From: an uncultured Chthoniobacter sp.
Lineage (GTDB): Bacteria > Verrucomicrobiota > Verrucomicrobiia > Chthoniobacterales > JACTMZ01
NCBI GenBank assembly: GCA_964609925.1
Contig: CAZSUJ010000008.1
Span: forward strand, 4,785 to 68,784
Direction: 5' to 3'
Length of the DNA stretch: 64,000 nucleotides
The position numbers and the translations under genes are program-made. Positions 1 through 8,740 of the stretch are shown here, piece after piece (positions within the stretch are counted from its first letter, which is position 1; each line of letters starts with the position of its first letter). The notes below the pieces were generated by a model that made no database searches, was not told where the DNA came from, and was given only the letters and a program-made list of their open reading frames with translations.

Positions 1-6
1 CGCGCG

Positions 7-831
7 ATGAACGCGCTTTGGCCGCCGGCGCGGCTTGTCTCCGGCGCAGCGCGCGCCCGCGGTTCGAGTTTCGCCCCGGCTTTCCTGCTCCTCGGGCGCG
101 CGCGGCGGCGCGACCTCACGGTGCTCTACGCATTCTGCCGCGCGGCGGATGACGTGGCCGATGCGGACGGATCCTCCGAGGCGGAGCGGCAGGAAGCGCT
201 CGCGGCGTGGCGGGCGGGCTTTACGAGCGCAGACTCGGAAGGACTCCCCGAGGACCTCACTGAGTTGCTCCGGCGCCGGGCTTTGGACCCGCGGCTGTGC
301 CTTGAACTGCTCGACGGGGTGGAGACCGACCTAGCCCCAGCCGTGCGGATGCCCGACCGCGCGGCCCTCGATCTTTACTGCCACCGCGTGGCCGGTGTGG
401 TGGGACGGCTCTGCCTGCCTGTTTTCGGCGCGGACCCGGCGCGCGCGGCGGATTACGCGGAGACGCTCGGACGCGCCCTGCAGCGCGTCAACATCCTGCG
501 CGATACGGCGGACGATTTGCGGCGGGGGCGGATTTACTTTCCGCTCGATGAGCTGGCCGCGGAGGGGTTGGACGCCGGGAGTTTCAGCGGCGACCACGCG
601 CGGCGGCAGCGTTACCTTGAATCCTTCGCGGCGGAGACGGATGCGCTGCTCGCAAAGGCGGAGGAGGTTTGTCCGGGCAAGGACCGGGCGGCGCTGCGTC
701 CGGCGCGGGTGATGGCGTCCGTTTACGGCGCGCTGCTGGCGAAGATGCGCGGCAGCGGCCTGCGGGTCATGGAAGAACGCTACCGGTTGACGGCGGCGGA
801 GAAGGCTCTGGCCGCGTTGCGCGGTCAGTAA
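7..831 (+). CDS. squalene/phytoene synthase family protein (HpnD/HpnC-like)
   Basis: 274-aa ORF. SSFAPAFLLLG..RRDLTVLYAFCRAADDVADA and NILRDTADDLRRGRIYFP resemble the two conserved Asp-rich boxes of head-to-head isoprenoid synthases. The exact family member cannot be decided by eye. Confidence 0.7.
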   Translation: MNALWPPARLVSGAARARGSSFAPAFLLLGRARRRDLTVLYAFCRAADDVADADGSSEAERQEALAAWRAGFTSADSEGLPEDLTELLRRRALDPRLCLELLDGVETDLAPAVRMPDRAALDLYCHRVAGVVGRLCLPVFGADPARAADYAETLGRALQRVNILRDTADDLRRGRIYFPLDELAAEGLDAGSFSGDHARRQRYLESFAAETDALLAKAEEVCPGKDRAALRPARVMASVYGALLAKMRGSGLRVMEERYRLTAAEKALAALRGQ

Positions 832-1979
832 CCAGCCTTCTTCAGCATCGTGGCGATGCCTTTCGTGTTGTCCGCCAGCGTGCCCATGCGGAAGAACACA
901 TGGCCGCTGCGCCCGGGGCCGATGGTGCGCGAAAGCGCGACCTGGCGGAGGATCTCCTGCGGCGGCCAGCCCTGCTCGCTCATGCGGTAGGCTGCGATAC
1001 CCGGATAGATGGGGACGCCGCGGGGGTTGGCCGCGGAGCCGCGCCACCATTTGAGGAGTTCGCCGAAGGACTGCGGCGAGTTGTCCTTCCAATAGAGCTG
1101 CGGCACGAGGTAATCCACCCAGCCGCTGCGCATCCATTTGACCGGATCAGCGAAGATCTGGTTCAGCTGGTCGAGGCCCGCCTTGACGGTGGGTGGCTGG
1201 CCCTTCGTGTAGATGCCGAACGGGCTGATGCCGAAGACGGCGCCCGGGCGGGCGGACTTGACGGCCTGCGAGGCGCGGGCGACGAGGCGGTTGACGTTGT
1301 CGCGGCGCCAGTCGTCGAGTTCGAGCTTGCCGCCGCCAGAGCGGTAACGCGCGTAGGTCGCGCTGTCGGGGAAGTTCACTTTCCCTCCGGCCGGCGGGTA
1401 GGGATAGAAGTAGTCGTCGAAGTGGATCCCGGCCACGGGGTAACGCTTGGCGATGTCGGAGACAACCTTGACCACGTGGTCCTGCACCTCGGGCGCGCCC
1501 GGGTCCATGCACACGATCGAGCCGATGCGGTGGGCGTGGGCCGGATAGCGGCGCGCCATGTGGCCGGACGCGAGGGAGTTGCCCGCCTTGACCGAGGCGC
1601 GGTAGGGGTTGATCCAAGCGTGGGTGCGGAGTCCGCGCTTGTTTCCCTCCTCGATGCAGAACGCGAGCGGATCGTAGCCGGGATCGCGGCCCTGCGCTCC
1701 GGTGAGGAAGCGGCTCCAAGGCTCGATCGATGAGCGGTAGAGGGCGTCGCCCTCGGGGCGGACCTGGAAGAAAATGTCGGTGAGCCCGAGCGACTTCGCC
1801 GAGTCGAGGAGGCGGACGAGTTCCGCCTTCTGCTCCGCGGCCGAGGATCCCTTCGACGGCCAGTCGAGGTTGTGCACGGTGGAAATCCACGCACCGCGGA
1901 ACTCGGCCTGCGCGGGGAGCGCGAGGGCGATGAACGCGGCGAGGACGCTAAGCCACAATCTCGGTGCCGACGCCTTCAT
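825..1979 (-). CDS. secreted glycoside-hydrolase-like family 10 (GHL10/DUF187) protein
   Basis: Lies inside ORF 825..2024. ATG at 1979 gives the signal peptide MKASAPRLWLSVLAAFIALALPAQA followed by EFRGAWISTVHNLDWPS, the usual N-terminus of this TIM-barrel family. Confidence 0.65.
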   Translation of the reverse strand: MKASAPRLWLSVLAAFIALALPAQAEFRGAWISTVHNLDWPSKGSSAAEQKAELVRLLDSAKSLGLTDIFFQVRPEGDALYRSSIEPWSRFLTGAQGRDPGYDPLAFCIEEGNKRGLRTHAWINPYRASVKAGNSLASGHMARRYPAHAHRIGSIVCMDPGAPEVQDHVVKVVSDIAKRYPVAGIHFDDYFYPYPPAGGKVNFPDSATYARYRSGGGKLELDDWRRDNVNRLVARASQAVKSARPGAVFGISPFGIYTKGQPPTVKAGLDQLNQIFADPVKWMRSGWVDYLVPQLYWKDNSPQSFGELLKWWRGSAANPRGVPIYPGIAAYRMSEQGWPPQEILRQVALSRTIGPGRSGHVFFRMGTLADNTKGIATMLKKAGY

Positions 1980-2826
1980 TGGTGAAAATTTCGAGAAGCA
2001 AAGCATGGGGCAATCGTCCGTCAATCATGTGTGTTTTGCCCACCCCTTTTTCGAGCGCGGCCACGGCGCCCTGGACTTTCGGGATCATGCCTCCCTCAAT
2101 GACTTTCTGGCGGATGAGCGTGGCCACCTGCGGCCCGTGGACCGTGGGGATGAGGGACGAGTGGTCGTCGCGGTCGCGCATGATGCCGGGCACGTCGCTG
2201 AGGAAGATGAGCTTCTCGGCACGCAGCGCGGCGGCAATGGCGGCCGCGGCCTCGTCGGCATTCACATTGAGCGGCGCGCCCTCGGGCGAGGACGCGACGG
2301 GCGAGACGACGGGAACGACCTCCTCTTGGAGTTTGGCGATGAGACCGGATGCCTCGACGCCGGTGACCCGGCCTACGAATCCAATGTCTTCCTTGCCGCC
2401 GCGACCGTTGTCCACCGGAGGAAGTTTCTCGGCGCGCAGGACGTCGCGGCCGGACAAGCCCGCGGCGCGGCCGCCGAAGGAGTTGATGGTGGCGACAAGG
2501 CGCGGGTTGACCTCGCGCACGAGGACCTCCTCGACGATGCCGATGGAGGCTTCGTCGGTCACCCGCAGGCCGTTGACGAAGCGGGCGGCCAGGCCGGACG
2601 CGCGCATGCGGGCGCTGATGGCCTTGCCGCCACCGTGGACGAGGACGGGGTTGATGCCGACGGCCTCGAGGAACACGATGTCGCGCAGGAGCCGGTCCAC
2701 CACCTCGTCGTCCTCCATCGCACTGCCGCCGTATTTGATGACGAAGGTGCAGCCGCGGAATTTCTGCATGAAGGGCAGCGCCTCGATGAGGGTGGCGGCG
2801 CGAAGATGGGGGTCGGCGAGGCTCAC
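1948..2826 (-). CDS. argB: acetylglutamate kinase
   Basis: Last 292 aa of merged ORF 1948..3774. IEALPFMQKFRGCTFVIKYGGSAM, VLVHGGG and LNVNADEAAAAIA are ArgB signatures. GTG at 2826 was chosen as the start because it lies just after the argJ stop. Confidence 0.88.
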   Translation of the reverse strand: MSLADPHLRAATLIEALPFMQKFRGCTFVIKYGGSAMEDDEVVDRLLRDIVFLEAVGINPVLVHGGGKAISARMRASGLAARFVNGLRVTDEASIGIVEEVLVREVNPRLVATINSFGGRAAGLSGRDVLRAEKLPPVDNGRGGKEDIGFVGRVTGVEASGLIAKLQEEVVPVVSPVASSPEGAPLNVNADEAAAAIAAALRAEKLIFLSDVPGIMRDRDDHSSLIPTVHGPQVATLIRQKVIEGGMIPKVQGAVAALEKGVGKTHMIDGRLPHALLLEIFTNEGVGTEIVA

Positions 2827-2828
2827 GG

Positions 2829-4040
2829 CTATTCGCTGAGGTTGAGCTCGACGAATTTCTCCGTCAGGTCGGTCGTGTAGACCGTGTAGAAGGATTTGCC
2901 CTGGTGGAGGTCGATGGTGACCGTGAACCTGCGGTGCGAGACGGCCTCGACGAGCTGGTTCTTGGGCGTGGGCGCGGCGGTGCCGGCGCGGACCGCGGCC
3001 ACACCGTCGTAGTAGATGTCCACGAGTTCCTCGCGGATGCGCACGCCGCAGTAGCCGGCGGCGTCGAGGATGCGGCCCCAGTTCGGGTCGTTGCCGGCCC
3101 ATGCGCACTTGACCAGCGTCGAGTTCGCGACGGCCTCGGCGACTTTGCGTGCGGCCTGGAAGCTGGAGGCGCCGCGCACCTGCACGGTCACGAATTTCGA
3201 GACGCCCTCGCCGTCCTCGACGATCATATGGGCGAGCTTGAGGCAGACTTCGTGGAGGGCTTCGACGAAGAGAAGGTAGTCGGGCGAGTTGGTCTTCAGC
3301 GGCGGGCCGCCGGACTGGCCGTTGGCCAGCGCAAGGACGGTGTCGTTGGTGCTCATGTCCCCGTCCACCGTGATCCGGTTGAACGTGCGCTCGACCACGT
3401 TGTGGAGCGCGTTCTGCAAGCCGCCCTTGGTGAGATTGGCGTCGGTGGTGACGACGCAGAGCATGGTCGCCATGTTCGGGTTGATCATGCCGGCACCCTT
3501 GGCCATTCCGCCCACGCGAAATGTGCCGCCGGACCCGCGGACCTCGACCGCGTATTCCTTGGCGAACGTGTCGCTGGTCATGATCGCGCGCGCCGCGGCG
3601 CCGCCGTTGGCGGCCGAGAGGCGCGCGGCGAGTTCGGGCACGCGGGCGGTCATTTTGTCGAGGGGGAGCGGGACGCCGATGCGGCCGGTCGAGCAGACGA
3701 GGACGCGGCGCACGCCGCAATCGAGGACGTCGGCCACGGCGACCGCGAGGGACTTGGCAGCCGAGACACCGCACGGTCCGGTGCAGGCGTTGGCGTTGCC
3801 GCTGTTGAGGAGCACGGCGCAGGCGTGCGGGGCGCGCAGATGGGCGCGCGAGACACGGACCGGCGCGGCCTTGACGCGGTTCGTGGTGAACACGCCGGCG
3901 CCGACGGCAGGGACAGCCGACGCGACGAGCGCCATGTCATCACGTCCTTTGTTCGAGGCCTTGATGCCGGCGAAAACGGCCGACGCACGGAAGCCCGCGG
4001 CGGCGGTGACACCTCCTTCGATGGTCTTCCAGCCACTCAT
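2829..4040 (-). CDS. argJ: bifunctional glutamate N-acetyltransferase / amino-acid acetyltransferase
   Basis: 403 aa from ATG 4040 inside ORF 2829..5105. Contains NSGNANACTG and the self-cleavage site PNMATMLCVVTTDA. The start overlaps the argC stop by 4 nt (ATGA). Confidence 0.9.
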   Translation of the reverse strand: MSGWKTIEGGVTAAAGFRASAVFAGIKASNKGRDDMALVASAVPAVGAGVFTTNRVKAAPVRVSRAHLRAPHACAVLLNSGNANACTGPCGVSAAKSLAVAVADVLDCGVRRVLVCSTGRIGVPLPLDKMTARVPELAARLSAANGGAAARAIMTSDTFAKEYAVEVRGSGGTFRVGGMAKGAGMINPNMATMLCVVTTDANLTKGGLQNALHNVVERTFNRITVDGDMSTNDTVLALANGQSGGPPLKTNSPDYLLFVEALHEVCLKLAHMIVEDGEGVSKFVTVQVRGASSFQAARKVAEAVANSTLVKCAWAGNDPNWGRILDAAGYCGVRIREELVDIYYDGVAAVRAGTAAPTPKNQLVEAVSHRRFTVTIDLHQGKSFYTVYTTDLTEKFVELNLSE

Positions 4041-5071
4041 GGCAGTCCGAGGCCCTCGTCCCAGCCCTGCGAGAGGTTGAAGGCCTGCACTGCCTGGCCG
4101 GCCGCGCCCTTGCCGAGATTGTCGAGCGCGCTGAAAAGCAGCAGCCGGCCGGCGCGCACATCGTCGCGCGCGGCCAAGTCCACGAAGTTGGTGTTCATGA
4201 CGTGTTTGGAATCCGGAAGACCGGGCACGAGGCGCACGAAGCGCCGTCCCGCGTAGGCTTCGCGCCAAGCGGAAAGCACCTCGGACGCACCCACGCCACC
4301 ACGCGGGGTGGCGGTGATCGTCGTGATCATGCCCCGCGTCACAGGGACGAGGTGCGGCGTGAATGTGACGGTGACCGTCGCGCCGGCGGCCGCGGAGAGT
4401 TCCTGCTCGATCTCCGAGAGATGCCGGTGCCGCGGCGCGCCGTAGGCCCGCAGGCTTTCGTTGCACTCCGAGAAAAGCAACGGCACCTCGGCCTTGCGGC
4501 CGGCGCCACTCACGCCGCTGAGGCTGTTGATGACGATCGAGGCGGGATCGAGAAGGCCGCGCGCAAGGAGCGGCACGAGCGGCACGAGGATGCTCGTGGG
4601 ATAACAACCGGGGCACGCCAGCAACCCGGCTCCCCTCAGGGCTCCTTCGGGCAGAATCTCCGGCAGCGCGTAAACCGCCCCACCCAGCAACTCCGGCGCG
4701 GGGTGCGGTCCGCCATAGAACTCGGCGAACACATCGGCCGAACGCAGACGGAAATCCGCGCTGAGATCCACCACCTGCACGCTCGCGGCGCGAAGCGGTC
4801 GGGCGAACTCGGCGGCGAGGCCGTGCGGGAGGGCGAGAAAGACGGTGGTCGCGCCCGAGGCTTGCAGGGCCGCAGCCGTTGGCTCGACGAAATCCAGTTC
4901 GCCGAGCGGACTTCCCAGCAGCCGCGGGAAGACCTCGGAGGCCTTGCGTCCGGCGGATTGCCGCGAGGTCAGGGCCACCACGCTCACATGCGGATGCCCC
5001 GCGAGCAGCGCGACCAACTCCTCGCCGGAATACCCGCTTGCCCCGACGACCGCGACTTTCACCTTTTGCAC
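4037..5071 (-). CDS. argC: N-acetyl-gamma-glutamyl-phosphate reductase
   Basis: 344 aa with N-terminal KVAVVGASGYSGEEL and active-site LLACPGCYPTS. The start codon at 5069-5071 is GTG. Confidence 0.9.
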   Translation of the reverse strand: MQKVKVAVVGASGYSGEELVALLAGHPHVSVVALTSRQSAGRKASEVFPRLLGSPLGELDFVEPTAAALQASGATTVFLALPHGLAAEFARPLRAASVQVVDLSADFRLRSADVFAEFYGGPHPAPELLGGAVYALPEILPEGALRGAGLLACPGCYPTSILVPLVPLLARGLLDPASIVINSLSGVSGAGRKAEVPLLFSECNESLRAYGAPRHRHLSEIEQELSAAAGATVTVTFTPHLVPVTRGMITTITATPRGGVGASEVLSAWREAYAGRRFVRLVPGLPDSKHVMNTNFVDLAARDDVRAGRLLLFSALDNLGKGAAGQAVQAFNLSQGWDEGLGLP

Positions 5072-5106
5072 CGCCCCGTTTTACCGTGGACGCGCCGCGG
5101 TGCAAA
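5065..5106 (-). promoter_or_regulatory. 10-bp perfect inverted repeat spanning the argC start codon
   Basis: TTTGCACCGC (5065-5074) and GCGGTGCAAA (5097-5106) are exact reverse complements separated by 22 nt. On the argC mRNA the 3' arm contains the GTG start. Confidence 0.3.
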
Positions 5107-5167
5107 CGCGCAAAAATGCAACCTGCGGCGCTTGCTTTCCGGCGCGCGCGGCGGTTTGTTCGCCTCC

Positions 5168-6838
5168 ATGCGCGTCTGCCCCCTCAAGCGCGCCGCGGCC
5201 GGCCTCGCCGTTGCCGCGGGTTTGCTGCCCGTTTGTGCGACGGGCCAACTCCTGCGCGAGAGGGCCGAAAACACTTCGCAAGTCACGGCCACGCTGGGCT
5301 CGGCTCGTCCGCTCGTGCAGTCGGTTGTGGTGGCCGAGGGTGCCGGCGCCTTCCAACTGGCCAACCCGAATTTCCAAGACGAGCAGGTCGTTCTCAACCC
5401 GGCGGTCCAACCGGACGCGAACACGCGCCTGTTCTTCGAGAGCCGTCTGGGAATCGCCACGACCAACCAGGTCGCCCGCGTCGAGGTCAGCACGAACAGC
5501 GGCGGCGCGTGGAGCCAGATCTGGTCGCAGGCCGGGCTCGGAACGAGTTCGACCGGCCAGGGCTCCTACAGCCTCGTGAACATCCCGCTCGCCGCCTACG
5601 CCGGGCAGAGCTTGCTCGTCCGGTTCCGCTACGACTTCACGGGAGTGAGCGCCTACACCAACACCACGGCATCGCCGCCGTATGGCTGGTTCATCGACGA
5701 CATCCAGATCGGAACACGCTTCGACCCCCGTTTCCATGTCGGAGCGGGCGATCCGACTCCCGATGAGATCCTGCTTTTGGAATACATCAACCGCGCACGC
5801 ACGAACGCGACCGCCGAGGCCCTCCGCCTGCGCAACACGACCGACCCGGGTGTCACGAACGCGATCGGATTTTTCAGCGTCAACCTCGACCTGATGCAGG
5901 CGCAGTTCGCCACTCTGAGCAATTCGCTGCCGCCGCTCGCGATGAACCACCGCTTGGTCGCGGCCGCCCGTTTGCACAGCCAGGACATGTTCAACGGCGC
6001 CTTCCAATCCCACACTTCATCCACCAACCCGCTTCCGCCCAACCAGCCCCTCGACGGCACCTCCAACCGCATCACCCGCCAAGGCTACGCCTGGCAATCC
6101 TACGGGGAGAACATCTACGCGTATGGCGAGAACGCATGGTTCGCGCACGCCGGGTTCAACATCGATTGGGGCATCGGTCCGGGCGGCATGCAATCGCCGC
6201 CGGGCCATCGGCTGGCCATCCACTCGCCCGCGTTCCGCGAGGCCGGGCTCGGCGTCGTCCTTGGCACCAACACCATCGGCACTAACAGCGTCGGACCGAT
6301 GATCGTGACGCAGGACTTCGCCTCTCCCCAAGGCGGCGGCGGCCCGCTTCTCACTGGCGTCGCGATCAACGACGGCAACACGAACCGCTTCTACGATCCG
6401 GGCGAAGGCATCGACGGCGTGCGCGTCGAGGTCGCCGGCGGAAGCTCTTTCACCATCAGCTCGACCCATGGCGCGTTCTCCCTGCCTTTGCCGGGCGACG
6501 GGACGCATGAGCTGCTCTTCCTCCGCGGCACGTGGGCTCCGGTGCGCCGTGGCGTCGCGGTGACCAACGGCGCGAATGCCAAGGCCGACTTCCTCGGCCA
6601 ACGCCTGCGCGTGGAGTCGCTCCGGCGCCTCTCTCCCACGCAAGCCCGCATGGTCGCAAACATCAGCCCGGCGCATTCCTCGCTGGCCGTCATGCGTTCC
6701 GGCGACCTGCAGTCGTGGACCAACACGCCCCACACCCCCACGACGCTCACCAACGGCCTCCTGCAGATCGACATCACGCTGCCCGCGCCATCCGACCGCC
6801 TCTTCTTCCGCGTCGAGTCTGCGTGGACGAACCTGTGA
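5168..6838 (+). CDS. secreted CAP/SCP/PR-1 domain protein
   Basis: ATG 5168 inside ORF 4202..6838 gives the signal-like MRVCPLKRAAAGLAVAAGLLPVCATGQ. Central EYINRARTNA..AARLHSQDM..GENIYAYG resembles a CAP domain. The C-terminal region is beta-rich. Confidence 0.6.
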   Translation: MRVCPLKRAAAGLAVAAGLLPVCATGQLLRERAENTSQVTATLGSARPLVQSVVVAEGAGAFQLANPNFQDEQVVLNPAVQPDANTRLFFESRLGIATTNQVARVEVSTNSGGAWSQIWSQAGLGTSSTGQGSYSLVNIPLAAYAGQSLLVRFRYDFTGVSAYTNTTASPPYGWFIDDIQIGTRFDPRFHVGAGDPTPDEILLLEYINRARTNATAEALRLRNTTDPGVTNAIGFFSVNLDLMQAQFATLSNSLPPLAMNHRLVAAARLHSQDMFNGAFQSHTSSTNPLPPNQPLDGTSNRITRQGYAWQSYGENIYAYGENAWFAHAGFNIDWGIGPGGMQSPPGHRLAIHSPAFREAGLGVVLGTNTIGTNSVGPMIVTQDFASPQGGGGPLLTGVAINDGNTNRFYDPGEGIDGVRVEVAGGSSFTISSTHGAFSLPLPGDGTHELLFLRGTWAPVRRGVAVTNGANAKADFLGQRLRVESLRRLSPTQARMVANISPAHSSLAVMRSGDLQSWTNTPHTPTTLTNGLLQIDITLPAPSDRLFFRVESAWTNL

Positions 6839-6850
6839 GGCGCGAAGGCC

Positions 6851-7351
6851 TCACTTGACCCGCAAGCGCACGACCTCCTCGGTGCCGAGCGGTGGCTTCG
6901 GCGCGTTGGTGCCGAAGAAATGGGTGTGCGTCAGCTCCGACCCGGTGTGCAGCGAAGCCTGCATCGTCCAAAGCAGGAAAACGCCGGCCGCGACTGAGAC
7001 GAGCCGCGCGGCCAGGCCGATCCCCGGGATCCGCGCGCCGAACCATGCGGCCGCCGCCGCCACCGCCGCGAGCCACGCGGCGAAAAGCAGCAGGTCGGAC
7101 ACGTTCTTGTGCTCCTGCACCGCCGTGGCGACAGATGCGCCGACATAGCGCACCTCGTCCGCCGCGGCGATGCCGGTCGAGTGCGCCCACGAAGCGGCCA
7201 GCGCACCCAGCAGCATGGACCAGCCGGCCAGGGTGAGGACGCGGCGGTCCGGCCACACGAGAGCCACCCACGCGGCCAGAACCCCGAGCAGCAGGAGCGT
7301 GACAGGGAAGTGAACCGCGAACGGATGGATCGGGTCGGGGAGGTGCAGCAC
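6851..7351 (-). CDS. DUF2231-like integral membrane protein
   Basis: C-terminal 166 aa of ORF 6851..8539 from GTG 7351. HPFAVHFPVTLLLLG is followed by about four hydrophobic spans. The upstream part of the ORF is antisense to bioF and was discarded. Confidence 0.5.
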   Translation of the reverse strand: MLHLPDPIHPFAVHFPVTLLLLGVLAAWVALVWPDRRVLTLAGWSMLLGALAASWAHSTGIAAADEVRYVGASVATAVQEHKNVSDLLLFAAWLAAVAAAAAWFGARIPGIGLAARLVSVAAGVFLLWTMQASLHTGSELTHTHFFGTNAPKPPLGTEEVVRLRVK

Positions 7352-7450
7352 CCTTGCGGAATAGCCGCTGGCCTGCGGCCTTGGCAATGCCGGGCGCGCC
7401 GCATTCCCCCGTGGACTCGGCGGCGGCGTTGGGGAAAACTCCGCGTCCGC

Positions 7451-8722
7451 ATGTTCGAGGACTTCCTCAAGCAATCGCTCACCGGCCTCGATCGCCGCCA
7501 CCTCCGGCGCTCGCTGCCCCCGGCCGGCGGCGTCACCGGCCCCGCGGCCGAGCGCGGGGCGCACACCCTGCACAACTTCTCGTCGAACGACTACCTCGGG
7601 CTGGCCGCGCACCCCGCGGTGATCAACGCCGCCGTGCGCGCGGCCCGCGACTTCGGCGCCGGAGCCGGGTCGTCGCGGCTGGTCAGCGGAACGCAGCGGC
7701 CCCATCGCGAACTCGAGGAAAGGCTGGCCGGCTTCAAGCGCACCGAGGCCGCACTCGTCTTCGGCAGCGGCTACGCGGCCAGCACCGGCGCCATCGCGGC
7801 GCTGGCCGGACGCGGCGACGTCGTCCTGCTCGACCGCCTGAGCCACGCCTGCCTGGTGGACGGAGCGCGCCTGAGCGGCGCCACGCTCCGTCCGTTCCAC
7901 CACAACGACACGGGGCACCTCGAACACCACCTGCGCTGGGCGCGGACGAAGCACCCGTCGGCGAAGATCTTCGTCGTGACCGAGTCGGTCTTCAGCATGG
8001 ACGGCGACACGGCCCCGCTCCGCGAGATCGTGGAACTCAAGGACCGCCACGGCGCCATCCTCATGCTCGACGAGGCGCACGCCGTCGGCGTGCTCGGCCG
8101 GGGCGGCCGCGGTCTGGCCGAGGCGTCGGGCGTGGCCGGACGCATCGAGGTGCAGATGGGAACGCTGGGCAAGGCGCTGGGCAGCGCGGGCGGATACATC
8201 GCCGGCTCGCGCAACCTGGTGGATTTCCTCGCCAACAAAGCCCGCAGCTTCGTCTTCTCGACCGCTCCGCCCGCCTCTTCCGCAGCTGCGGCCGCGGAAG
8301 CGCTCGAGCTTTGCACCGGGCCGGAAGGCGACCAGCGCCGCGCCCGCCTGCGGGAACTCGCGGGCCTGCTCGACCCAGCCCCGGACGCCGCCATCCACCC
8401 GGTTGTGCTCGGTGCCGAGGAGGATGCCCTCCGCGCGTCGGCCGGACTCGAAAGACTCGGCTTCCTTGTCCCCGCGATCCGTCCGCCCACGGTGCCCGCC
8501 GGCACGTCGCGCCTGCGCGTGAGCCTCTCGGCGGCGCATGAACCGGCGACGGTGCGCCAGCTCGCCGCCGCGCTGGGCGCCCTGCGCGAGCCCGCGGCCG
8601 CGGGCGACGCCGACAGCGTCTGTCCGGTCTGCGGCGCGCCGCTCACGCAGGAGAAATGCAAGGTTGTGTGCCGCAGCGCCGTCTGCGGCTACCGCATCGT
8701 TTTCAATTGCTCGGAGTTCTGA
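7451..8722 (+). CDS. bioF: 8-amino-7-oxononanoate synthase with Cys-rich C-terminal extension
   Basis: ATG 7451 inside ORF 7109..8722. NDYLGL, GSGYAASTG, SVFSMDGD and MGTLGKALG (PLP lysine) fit BioF/KBL-class aminotransferases. There is an extra tail of about 45 aa containing CPVC..CKVVC..C. Confidence 0.85.
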   Translation: MFEDFLKQSLTGLDRRHLRRSLPPAGGVTGPAAERGAHTLHNFSSNDYLGLAAHPAVINAAVRAARDFGAGAGSSRLVSGTQRPHRELEERLAGFKRTEAALVFGSGYAASTGAIAALAGRGDVVLLDRLSHACLVDGARLSGATLRPFHHNDTGHLEHHLRWARTKHPSAKIFVVTESVFSMDGDTAPLREIVELKDRHGAILMLDEAHAVGVLGRGGRGLAEASGVAGRIEVQMGTLGKALGSAGGYIAGSRNLVDFLANKARSFVFSTAPPASSAAAAAEALELCTGPEGDQRRARLRELAGLLDPAPDAAIHPVVLGAEEDALRASAGLERLGFLVPAIRPPTVPAGTSRLRVSLSAAHEPATVRQLAAALGALREPAAAGDADSVCPVCGAPLTQEKCKVVCRSAVCGYRIVFNCSEF

Positions 8723-8740
8723 GCCGCGCAGAATCCGCCC

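Noticed and set aside
2829-5105. The track ORFs 2829..5105 (758 aa) and 1948..3774 (608 aa) taken as single large genes.
   Set aside because: The N-terminal halves are Arg/Pro-rich read-through in the alternative frame of the upstream gene. Internal starts (ATG 4040, GTG 2826) give proteins of normal ArgJ and ArgB length that abut the neighbouring stops. The same trimming logic was applied to 4202..6838, 6851..8539, 7109..8722, 14304..15557, 21149..22975, 22432..23424, 24262..25833, 42870..44138, 55491..57089 and 57752..60358.
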